DNA of 32,000 bases. Origin: Candidatus Nanohalobium constans (GTDB lineage: Archaea > Nanohalarchaeota > Nanosalinia > Nanosalinales > Nanosalinaceae). How positions within the stretch are numbered: the stretch's first letter is position 1; each line of letters begins with the position of its first letter. Below are positions 8,061-15,253 of this stretch, in pieces. The notes under the pieces are model-generated. The model worked only from the letters and a program-made list of their open reading frames with translations, was not told the DNA's origin and searched no databases. The stretch spans positions 750,001-782,000 of the forward strand of contig NZ_CP040089.1 in NCBI RefSeq assembly GCF_009617975.1, given 5' to 3'. Position numbers and translations under genes: made by a program.

Positions 8061-9776
8061 ATGGACGAAAACCCCGAAGATGTAGGTCAAAGTACAGAAG
8101 ACATACTTAGCCAGAAACAAAATACAGAAGGTGGAGACACCGGTCAAAACCCAGAAAAATCTTCAGGCAGAGAACCTGGAGACTTGACAGACGATAATAT
8201 CAAATCTCAGAGAGATCCTTTGGATAGAGCGAGAACAGCAAATAGAAAAAGTGTTTCTTCTTTAGAAGAAGGAGTTGGGGCAGATGAGTCAGGAGAAGAA
8301 AGAGCTTGGAAGGTAGCTCAACAGGAATCTCAGATTAATCACATTAATCAAGAGGACTTTGATGAGAAGACAAAGGAAGAGATTAAAAAGGCGGAAAGAG
8401 TCAAAGAAGAAGTTGAGAAATCAGGTAACTACTGGAGAATTGACGATGAAACAGCTCTAGACTTCAACGCAGATATTGAAGAACGAGATCAAGAATGGAT
8501 TGATGATTTCTCAACCAAAACTGCTGGAACTGACCCTGTTTCGATGGCTGATTCTCTTGATCATATTGAGAGAACGGCAATGAGATGGGGTGCTGGAGCA
8601 GAGGATCAAGGACTGTATAAAGGAATATTCGATGCTCACTTCCAAGAGACGGGAGATAGGAACAAGTCCGCTGCTCAATCAGCTGACGCAATGAGTGACT
8701 TTAGAAGCACTTGGGAAAGCCATCATAGAGACGAGTTTGAACACCTGAGCGAAGATTTGACTCAGTTTTTCGATGAAGTTCACCTGACATCAAGAGATTC
8801 TGAAGAAGCTTCAGGAGATATCAGTCTTGTAGAAAACCTTTCAAGAAGAGTATCTCAGTATCAGGACATAAGAGACGAAGCAGAAGAAAGCATCAGAGAA
8901 TACGAAGAAGCTGATTCAGAGAAGAACCCTGACATCACGGAAAGAGGAGCTCAGCTGATCAGAGACCTGAAGGATGAGGCAGCAAGTCATTTAGAAGGTC
9001 AAGACAATAGAGATCCTGGTAAGTCGGAGTTCGAACATACAGAACAGGAGCGAGAAGTTAAGAAGACATGGACAGCAACAAAGATTGCAGCACTGGAGTC
9101 AGTAGAAGAAACATATGAATCAGCTAGAGAGCAGAAAGAAAATTATGAAGACTTGAAGGAAGATGTTTCAGAGCGCAAAGAAACTTACACGGACCTAATG
9201 GAAGACCTGGAATTGACTAACTTGGAAGGTGTAGATGAGGGAACTGAAGAGACTCTAGAAGAAATTGATACAGATATTAATACAGTTCTCGATCTAGCTT
9301 CATTGAGCGATGGAGAAGACATAACAAGCCAGTTGGACGATGGTCCTAGAGCTGAAAACCATCAGATTGGTCCTGCTAATGTTTCAGATGAAGACGCAGC
9401 AGATAGAATTGTCGAAGAAGCTAAAGAACAAGTTTACGGAGAAGAAGATGAAGATGGACTAGTGCATGAGTACGATCAGAAGTCACTAGATGACAAACTA
9501 ATCCAGGTAATGGATGAAGATGTCACAGAGAGTGAACTTCAACTGCTTCAACTTCAAGGAATGTATGCAAAAGCCACGGAAACAGCTCAAGTCCTTGGGG
9601 ACTACGAAGAAAGATTGGAATCTGAAATTCAAGCTTATGAAGAGACTCTGGAAGATATCGAGGACTCAATTAGCGACGAATATGACAGCCTAGATGACTT
9701 CACCGATGAAGAAAGAGAAGAAGCAATTGAGCAGTTGAACGAGTACCTTCCAGAAGAGGAAGAAGTCACGGCTTAA
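8061..9776 (+). CDS. Hyper-acidic cytoplasmic protein with long predicted helical/coiled-coil stretches, unknown function
   Basis: 571-aa ORF with no hydrophobic segment. It has long E/D/K heptad-like runs. Its 3' end overlaps the convergent trm5 3' end by 11 nt. Confidence 0.6.
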   Translation: MDENPEDVGQSTEDILSQKQNTEGGDTGQNPEKSSGREPGDLTDDNIKSQRDPLDRARTANRKSVSSLEEGVGADESGEERAWKVAQQESQINHINQEDFDEKTKEEIKKAERVKEEVEKSGNYWRIDDETALDFNADIEERDQEWIDDFSTKTAGTDPVSMADSLDHIERTAMRWGAGAEDQGLYKGIFDAHFQETGDRNKSAAQSADAMSDFRSTWESHHRDEFEHLSEDLTQFFDEVHLTSRDSEEASGDISLVENLSRRVSQYQDIRDEAEESIREYEEADSEKNPDITERGAQLIRDLKDEAASHLEGQDNRDPGKSEFEHTEQEREVKKTWTATKIAALESVEETYESAREQKENYEDLKEDVSERKETYTDLMEDLELTNLEGVDEGTEETLEEIDTDINTVLDLASLSDGEDITSQLDDGPRAENHQIGPANVSDEDAADRIVEEAKEQVYGEEDEDGLVHEYDQKSLDDKLIQVMDEDVTESELQLLQLQGMYAKATETAQVLGDYEERLESEIQAYEETLEDIEDSISDEYDSLDDFTDEEREEAIEQLNEYLPEEEEVTA

Positions 9777-10764
9777 AAACTAAGTCCAGACACACTCGAC
9801 TAACCTTGGGGTTCTTTTCCCCACATTTTTCTATCTTATCTGTTTCAAATTCTGCATATTCTGATTCTTCAATACCCAACCTAAACGTATAGAGATGTAC
9901 AGTACTCCCTCTATGAAGAATAGATTTAGTTGATCCTAAATAGTTATCCGCTTTCTCTGGAAGAGGCATTATCACTCTGTCAAATTCTTCGTCTAAATCT
10001 GGAACAATATCTTGCACATCACCTTCGTGGCCTTCCACCACATCGCCTACATCGTTCAGTTCGATGTTTTCTTTCAGATAATCGGCAGCTACAGGGTTTT
10101 TCTCGACCGCTACTACTTTCTCTGGGTTAGCTAGTTTTGCTGCCATGATGGCAAATGGTCCAACGCCAGAGAACATCACCAGGACTTTTTCTCCATCTTC
10201 TATCTGATCGACGACTCTCTTTCTTTCAGTTGAAAATCTTTCGGAGTAATATACTTTTGTCGGGTCGACTTTGAACCTACAGCCATGTTCTTTGTGAATA
10301 GTTTCGGTTTCCTCACCATAGAGCTCCCTGTATTCGCCGACCCTGAACTCTCCTTGAAGTGGCTCTTGTTTCACTAAAATGGTTTTGACCGACGGATGAT
10401 GTTCGAGTATCCCTTCTACTGCATCTTCTTCATCAACAGTTAGTTCATTGATAACTGCTATCTCTCCTATCAATTCATAAGAAGGTAAGTTGTACTCTGC
10501 TTCATCTTCCTGTTCTCTTATAACCGACACATCAGCATCTAGCTTTCCTTCCAGTTCTTCTAGCCCTTCATCTACGAAGACCTTCTCATCTTCCTCTGCT
10601 GATTCTCGTACTTCCTCTTCTGAATATTTGTCGGATGAGAAAGCTTTCAACACCAGTTCTTGGTCATCTTTCTCGGCGATTAATTTGTTGCCTTGTTTCT
10701 CTATTTCGAAGTCTTGCCGATGGAATAGTTCGGCTACTTTTTCTTCTAGTTTTTCTTGTTTCAC
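9766..10764 (-). CDS. trm5: tRNA (guanine37-N1)-methyltransferase, Trm5/Taw2 (Met-10+ like) family
   Basis: 332 aa with a GTG start. Motifs match archaeal Trm5: GEFRVGEY, TIHKEHGCRFKVDPTKVYYSERFSTERKRV, the SAM-binding motif LVMFSGVGPFAI, EKNPVAADYLKENIELN, and DRVIMPLP. Confidence 0.9.
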   Translation of the reverse strand: MKQEKLEEKVAELFHRQDFEIEKQGNKLIAEKDDQELVLKAFSSDKYSEEEVRESAEEDEKVFVDEGLEELEGKLDADVSVIREQEDEAEYNLPSYELIGEIAVINELTVDEEDAVEGILEHHPSVKTILVKQEPLQGEFRVGEYRELYGEETETIHKEHGCRFKVDPTKVYYSERFSTERKRVVDQIEDGEKVLVMFSGVGPFAIMAAKLANPEKVVAVEKNPVAADYLKENIELNDVGDVVEGHEGDVQDIVPDLDEEFDRVIMPLPEKADNYLGSTKSILHRGSTVHLYTFRLGIEESEYAEFETDKIEKCGEKNPKVSRVCLDLVFKP

Positions 10765-10810
10765 ATATACTGTTTCTGAACCGAGTTTTTTATTACGGAA
10801 GATTTAAGTG

Positions 10811-10830
10811 TATGTTTACACATAAACATA
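10811..10830. promoter_or_regulatory. Perfect 8-bp inverted repeat (candidate operator) 2 nt upstream of the vapB start
   Basis: TATGTTTA-CACA-TAAACATA. It lies downstream of a TTTTTTATTA TATA-like run at 10786-10795. Confidence 0.45.
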
Positions 10831-10832
10831 GT

Positions 10833-11063
10833 ATGGGTTCGAAGACTATCACCATCCGCGAGGAGGTTTACCAGAAGTTAAGCAGGATCAAGGAGGACAA
10901 GAGTTTTTCCGAGCTGTTGGAGGAGCTTGTTTCTGAGAAAGAAGTAGATTTGATGGGTTCTTTCGGAGCTTGGGATGAAGAAGAGGCAGAAGATGTAAGA
11001 GATAAAACCAAGAATTTCAGAGAGGATTTTGACAGTGATTTCAGTGAGAAAATGGAGTCTTGA
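10833..11063 (+). CDS. vapB: VapB-type antitoxin (archaeal COG1753/UPF0330-like)
   Basis: 76 aa from the internal ATG of the 10635 ORF. MGSKTITIREEVYQKLSRIKEDKSFSELLEELV matches the archaeal VapB antitoxin N-terminus. It overlaps the downstream PIN gene. The upstream part of the ORF would run antisense through trm5. Confidence 0.75.
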   Translation: MGSKTITIREEVYQKLSRIKEDKSFSELLEELVSEKEVDLMGSFGAWDEEEAEDVRDKTKNFREDFDSDFSEKMES

Positions 11064-11424
11064 CGCCAGCTTCATGATAGAGTTTCTCTCAGGAAACGAG
11101 AAAGCAGCGAAACTTCTAGAAAACCAGGAATACGATAAACTGGTAATTCCTTCAATAGCTTTAATGGAGGTTAAATGGAGCGACAAGGATATAGGTAAGT
11201 TCGATGAACTCGAAGTGAAGGAGTTTGGCAAGGAGGAAGTGGAAGAATTGCTGGAAATAAAGGAATATCTGGAGAAAAATAGCTCGATAATCAACAAGCT
11301 TGACATCATGATTGCCGCCCAAGCAGTCACATCAAACTCAACTGTAGTAACCCGGGACAATGACTTCCAGGAACTGGAAGACTACAAAGACTTCCAACAC
11401 ATAAACCTTGACACAGAAAACTGA
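11029..11424 (+). CDS. vapC: PIN-domain ribonuclease toxin VapC
   Basis: N-terminal LDASFMIEFL and C-terminal IMIAAQAVTSNSTVVTRDNDF are the typical PIN acidic motifs. There is no in-frame ATG before the first Asp, so the start is TTG 11029, GTG 11035 or GTG 11044. Confidence 0.8.
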   Translation: MTVISVRKWSLDASFMIEFLSGNEKAAKLLENQEYDKLVIPSIALMEVKWSDKDIGKFDELEVKEFGKEEVEELLEIKEYLEKNSSIINKLDIMIAAQAVTSNSTVVTRDNDFQELEDYKDFQHINLDTEN

Positions 11425-11427
11425 AAC

Positions 11428-12138
11428 ATGATACACTTAATCGGACTAGGACTAGACAACAAAGAAGCAACAGAAAAAGGCCTGGAAGCCATAAAATCAG
11501 CCGACAAAGCCTACGCAGAATTCTACACGAATACTGAGACAATTAATCTAGAAAGGATAGAAGAGAAAACAGATTCCAGCATCCAGAAACTTTCACGGAA
11601 AGAAGTCGAACAGGAAGACAAGATACTGGAAGAAGCAAAAGACTCAGATGTAGCGTTCCTAGTCTCTGGCGATGCATTGACCGCTACAACTCACTACGAC
11701 ATCAAACATCGAGCAGAAGAAAAGGAGATAGAGACGGAAGTAGTCCACGCTCCTTCAATCTTTACTTCAATCGCTGAGACTGGGTTAAATGTCTATAAGT
11801 TCGGTCGTACAGTTACCCTGCCAGAAAACGGAAAACCGGATTCCGTCATCAAATATGTTGAGAAGAACGATGAGATCGGACTGCACTCATTGATACTTCT
11901 AGATATCAACCTGGAAGCCAGCGAAGCAGCGGAAAAAATCCTGGAGATGAAACCAGAATTCTCAAAAAGAGAGGCTTTAGTACTGGAAAGAGCTAATCTG
12001 GAAACCCAAGAAATCTCCAGAATGACTCTTGAAGAAGTTTCTGAGAAAGAGTTCGGAGAACCACCTCACTGCCTGATTCTACCAGGAGAGAAAAGCCATA
12101 AGGAAGAAGAGTTTTTGACAAGATGGCGAGATTGGTAA
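11428..12138 (+). CDS. dphB: Diphthine synthase
   Basis: 236 aa. MIHLIGLGL...AYAEFYTN, VAFLVSGDALTATTH, VVHAPSIFTSI..TGLNVYKFGRTVTL, GLHSLILLDI and FGEPPHCLILPG all match archaeal Dph5/DphB. Confidence 0.92.
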   Translation: MIHLIGLGLDNKEATEKGLEAIKSADKAYAEFYTNTETINLERIEEKTDSSIQKLSRKEVEQEDKILEEAKDSDVAFLVSGDALTATTHYDIKHRAEEKEIETEVVHAPSIFTSIAETGLNVYKFGRTVTLPENGKPDSVIKYVEKNDEIGLHSLILLDINLEASEAAEKILEMKPEFSKREALVLERANLETQEISRMTLEEVSEKEFGEPPHCLILPGEKSHKEEEFLTRWRDW

Positions 12139-12170
12139 GATTTTTATCCATTTAACACTAATTTAAAGTT

Positions 12171-12482
12171 ATGTCGAAGCAGCGTGAGGCTTTCGAGGAG
12201 ATAGAGGAAACTGTGGCAGAAGAGTTAGGTGATTCGCTTAAGAAGTTAATTCTCTTCGGAAGTGTGGCGAGGGACGAGGAGGACGGAGATAGTGACCTGG
12301 ACCTATTTGTCGTTGTTGAAAATGAGAACCAGAAGCGGTGGGTAGAGCAGGAGGCGGCAGAAATAGGCGTAGAATACGGCGTAGTGGCATCAGCTATCGT
12401 AAAAACTGAAGACCAGTTTGAGAATATGAAGAACACATTATTTGGAAAGGAAGTATTGGAGACCGGAGAGACATATGTCTGA
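12171..12482 (+). CDS. Minimal nucleotidyltransferase (MNT-type antitoxin)
   Basis: 103 aa. The motif LILFGSVARDEEDGDSDLDLFVVV is the GS-x(n)-D-x-D nucleotidyltransferase signature. It overlaps the downstream HEPN gene by 8 nt. Confidence 0.85.
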   Translation: MSKQREAFEEIEETVAEELGDSLKKLILFGSVARDEEDGDSDLDLFVVVENENQKRWVEQEAAEIGVEYGVVASAIVKTEDQFENMKNTLFGKEVLETGETYV

Positions 12483-12852
12483 AGTTGAAAAGAATATTGA
12501 GCTGGCTGATAATGCTTTTGAAGATTTCGAAAAAGGAAGAAACGCTGGGTTAAGTATCAGAGCTTTATACAATCGACTATATTACGCTTGTTTCTATGCA
12601 GCCAGGGCAGCATTAATTTCTCAAGGAATAGAAGCTAAAACTCATTCAGGTATCGCAGACAGAGTATTTCTCGTCTTATACAAGGAGAAAAATCTGATAA
12701 GCAAAGAAACAGCAGCTACTTTATCTAGAGTGGAAACTAAGAGAAATCTATCTGACTATGAGCTTGAAATAGATGACACAGAAGAAGATCTAAAAGAGAT
12801 AGAACAAAAAGCCAGAAAGTTCGTCAAGGAAATGAACAAGCTACTAGACTAG
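12475..12852 (+). CDS. HEPN-domain protein (toxin partner of the MNT)
   Basis: Starts at ATG 12475 (the ORF-track start at 12442 is TTG). RLYYACFYAARAALISQGIEAKTHSGI and TKRNLSDYE match the HEPN (PF05168-like) pattern. Confidence 0.8.
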   Translation: MSEVEKNIELADNAFEDFEKGRNAGLSIRALYNRLYYACFYAARAALISQGIEAKTHSGIADRVFLVLYKEKNLISKETAATLSRVETKRNLSDYELEIDDTEEDLKEIEQKARKFVKEMNKLLD

Positions 12853-12881
12853 ATAACCTCAAATCTTAAATTTGTTTGACT

Positions 12882-12899
12882 TGCATTACATGTTATGCA
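12882..12899. promoter_or_regulatory. 18-bp near-perfect palindrome spanning the antitoxin start codon (candidate operator)
   Basis: TGCATTACATGTTATGCA matches its own reverse complement at 16 of 18 positions. ATG 12895 lies inside it. Confidence 0.4.
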
Positions 12900-13119
12900 G
12901 AAGACTGTGCGGAATGTGGACGAAGATATTTTCGAGGAGGCTAAGAAGCTAGCTTCCGAAAAAGGCTTGAATATGGGTGAAGCAGTGAACAGAGCTTTGC
13001 TTGACTGGATCAGCAGCGAGAAAGAACCTGAACTGGACATCATGGAGTTTGAGCCTGTTGAGATGAGCGACGAAGACGAGAATCTGAGTGAAAACTACAG
13101 GGAAGAACTCTATGGATAG
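12895..13119 (+). CDS. Ribbon-helix-helix (CopG/VapB-like) antitoxin
   Basis: 74 aa. KTVRNVDEDIFEEAKKLASEKGLNMGEAVNRALLDWI fits a strand-helix-helix pattern. It overlaps the downstream PIN gene by 8 nt. Confidence 0.7.
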   Translation: MQKTVRNVDEDIFEEAKKLASEKGLNMGEAVNRALLDWISSEKEPELDIMEFEPVEMSDEDENLSENYREELYG

Positions 13120-13507
13120 ATACTTCTTGGATACAAGTTTTCTCATCGCATTCTTCGATTCGGGTGACGAACATCACGAGAAGTCCAGAGAATTAATGAA
13201 AGAAATAAAATCAGAAGAGCTTGTAATATCCGATCAGATATTTTCCGAAACCGTGAATACTGCTTTCTCAAAAGTCGGATACAAGACAGCAAGAGATTGC
13301 TCAAGATACCTGAGGAAATCACAGATAAAAATAATGTATCTAAACGAACCGGGATTCCAGAAAGCATGCAAACTGTTTAGAGAAAACGAGATAAGTTTTA
13401 CAGATTGCAGTATAATCTCAGCCATGAATCTGCTTGGAATAGAAAAACTAGCAACATTCGACAACGACTTCGAAAAGTTTCAGAAAACAGAAATTATCCC
13501 TGAATAA
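13112..13507 (+). CDS. vapC: PIN-domain ribonuclease toxin VapC
   Basis: Starts at ATG 13112. MDRYFLDTSFLIAFFDSGDEHHEKS, ISDQIFSE, and C-terminal TDCSIISAM...LATFDNDF are PIN motifs. Confidence 0.85.
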   Translation: MDRYFLDTSFLIAFFDSGDEHHEKSRELMKEIKSEELVISDQIFSETVNTAFSKVGYKTARDCSRYLRKSQIKIMYLNEPGFQKACKLFRENEISFTDCSIISAMNLLGIEKLATFDNDFEKFQKTEIIPE

Positions 13508-13543
13508 GTAAATCTAAAAGCTTGTGATACACAATTACATTGT

Positions 13544-13852
13544 ATGAATGTTGATGAAAACACTCATAGAGAAGCATTTGAGAAGTATGCATCCAGGATA
13601 ATAGACCTAGATTCAGTTGAAAAAGTAATTTTATTCGGTTCTGTAGCTAGGAATAGTCACGGCATAAACTCCGATGTAGATGTTTTTGTCAAGGTGGAAG
13701 ATATGTCCGAAGCAGACAAAATTGAGGAAGCAGCGTTTGAAACAGCTGCAGACAAAGGAATATCTATAACACCCATAATAAAACAATATGAGGACGAAAG
13801 CAGCCTTATGAAAGATATTAAACAAGAGGGAGTTGAGTATGTCAGAGGTTAA
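13544..13852 (+). CDS. Minimal nucleotidyltransferase (MNT-type antitoxin), second copy
   Basis: 102 aa with the motif VILFGSVARNSHGINSDVDVFVKV. It is a divergent paralogue of 12171-12482. Confidence 0.85.
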   Translation: MNVDENTHREAFEKYASRIIDLDSVEKVILFGSVARNSHGINSDVDVFVKVEDMSEADKIEEAAFETAADKGISITPIIKQYEDESSLMKDIKQEGVEYVRG

Positions 13853-14207
13853 AGAAGAAATAGAACTAGCAGAAGAAGCTCTTAAAGACTACCAACACAT
13901 GGAAAAAATGTCCTTGAGAAGAAGATACAACACGCTCTACTACGCAGTTTACCACGCAGCAAGAGCCTCACTGCTGAAAAGAGAATACAGCCCAAAAACA
14001 CATTCAGGTCTCGACAGCCTGGTAAGAAACATCCTATGCAAAGATAAAGAGATACTAACAGAAGAAGAAGCAAGCAGCTTCTCAAAGCTGAAAACACGCC
14101 GTGAGCAAGCAGACTACGAGACCAGCTTCTTCGGATCAGAAGACGAACTAAAAGACCTAGAAACCAAAGCAAGAAAACTACTCACAAAACTCAAAGAATC
14201 AGTATGA
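13839..14207 (+). CDS. HEPN-domain protein, second copy
   Basis: Starts at ATG 13839 (the track start at 13833 is TTG). TLYYAVYHAARASLLKREYSPKTHSGL and TRREQADYE are present. It overlaps the MNT stop, and it is roughly 40% identical by eye to 12475-12852. Confidence 0.8.
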   Translation: MSEVKEEIELAEEALKDYQHMEKMSLRRRYNTLYYAVYHAARASLLKREYSPKTHSGLDSLVRNILCKDKEILTEEEASSFSKLKTRREQADYETSFFGSEDELKDLETKARKLLTKLKESV

Positions 14208-14443
14208 ACAAGACACAGGAAAAGTTGAAGGAAGAAACAGAGAAATGGCTGGAAAAACTGGATGACAGACTTGAAGGAAAAGACAAAGATGTCGAACAAA
14301 TGGAAAATGTCCTAGCATATAGAGACGACACTATCCACTTCTTAGAGGAAGAGGACTATATTCGGGCCTGGGAAGCAGTCATCTACGCATGGGGAATACT
14401 GGAGACACTGGAGAGATTAGGACGATTTGAGGAAACAGAATAA
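14204..14443 (+). CDS. DUF357 (COG1849) family small archaeal protein
   Basis: 79 aa. AYRDDTIHFLEEEDYIRAWEAVIYAWGILETLERLG matches the DUF357 pattern as I remember it. Its start overlaps the HEPN stop in an ATGA. Confidence 0.65.
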   Translation: MNKTQEKLKEETEKWLEKLDDRLEGKDKDVEQMENVLAYRDDTIHFLEEEDYIRAWEAVIYAWGILETLERLGRFEETE

Positions 14444-14469
14444 AAATAGCCGACAAATAATTCAACATT

Positions 14470-14739
14470 ATGAGAGATCCCTGGAAATTCGTAGCATTTG
14501 GACTAGCAGCAGTATCAGGATACATGTCATCAAGCATTGCTACTAGTATCGCGACTCAAAACTACGGGTTGCCAGAACTTCCAGGGAATGTACTGATTAT
14601 TGCCGGCATTGGACTATTTACTGGATTCTTGATCGATGAACTGATTCCAGCATACTACGAAAAAGTCAGAGGCAGCTCAGCAGGAGCAGGAGGAGACTTC
14701 GATGCAGGAAGCGGAGGCGATGACTTTGACTTCGACTAA
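14470..14739 (+). CDS. Small two-helix membrane protein with a Gly/Asp-rich tail
   Basis: 89 aa. Two hydrophobic segments and the tail GSSAGAGGDFDAGSGGDDFDFD. Confidence 0.55.
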   Translation: MRDPWKFVAFGLAAVSGYMSSSIATSIATQNYGLPELPGNVLIIAGIGLFTGFLIDELIPAYYEKVRGSSAGAGGDFDAGSGGDDFDFD

Positions 14740-15217
14740 AAAAATCCTGCTAATAACCCTACTACTAGCTGGATTTGTTTCCACCGTTTCAGCCGACTTC
14801 TACTATGGCAGCGGAGGCATCTCTACAAGTAGCGATTACTTCACAACCCCCGAATTTAGCTCACAACAAGAAATAGCTACAGAACTAGTCGCACCATTCA
14901 TATTCATCACAGTACTCCTGCACTTTGCACTAAGCAAAGCACTGAACTTCATCATGGCAGAAGATGTAGAAAAGGAGAACTACCACGCAATACCCTACGG
15001 AATACCTCTCAGAGAAAAAGAACACGGACATGACAGACTTCATCCAGATGCCAGAAAATACGCCATGATAATGTCCCTCACAATAACTGCCTCACTCGTA
15101 CCAACACCATACTGGGACATAATCAGAGGAGCAATGGGATTAATAGGAATAGGAACAGCGATTGCATTTGCGACCATTATAGGGTTTGTAATTTATTTGA
15201 TGGCCAAAGTACCATGA
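14720..15217 (+). CDS. Membrane protein with signal peptide, unknown function
   Basis: MTLTSTKKILLITLLLAGFVSTVSA, then the helix APFIFITVLLHFALSKALNFIMAED and two further C-terminal helices. ATG 14702 is an alternative start. Confidence 0.6.
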   Translation: MTLTSTKKILLITLLLAGFVSTVSADFYYGSGGISTSSDYFTTPEFSSQQEIATELVAPFIFITVLLHFALSKALNFIMAEDVEKENYHAIPYGIPLREKEHGHDRLHPDARKYAMIMSLTITASLVPTPYWDIIRGAMGLIGIGTAIAFATIIGFVIYLMAKVP

Positions 15218-15253
15218 AAGTATTTTTAACTATACTAGAATAAATGCGTCAGT

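Noticed and set aside
10635-10832. 5' extensions of ORF-track entries: 10635, 12442, 13088, 13833, 16877, 24212, 24396, 28235 and 28716.
   Set aside because: The extensions use TTG or GTG starts and overlap upstream genes, or run antisense through trm5. Internal ATGs give canonical family N-termini, ATGA/8-nt stop-start overlaps, or properly spaced GGTG/GGAGG sites.
10765-14443. The TA-rich block as a mobile element or provirus.
   Set aside because: No integrase, transposase, tRNA target or flanking direct repeats are visible. Housekeeping genes (dphB, DUF357) are interleaved with the modules.
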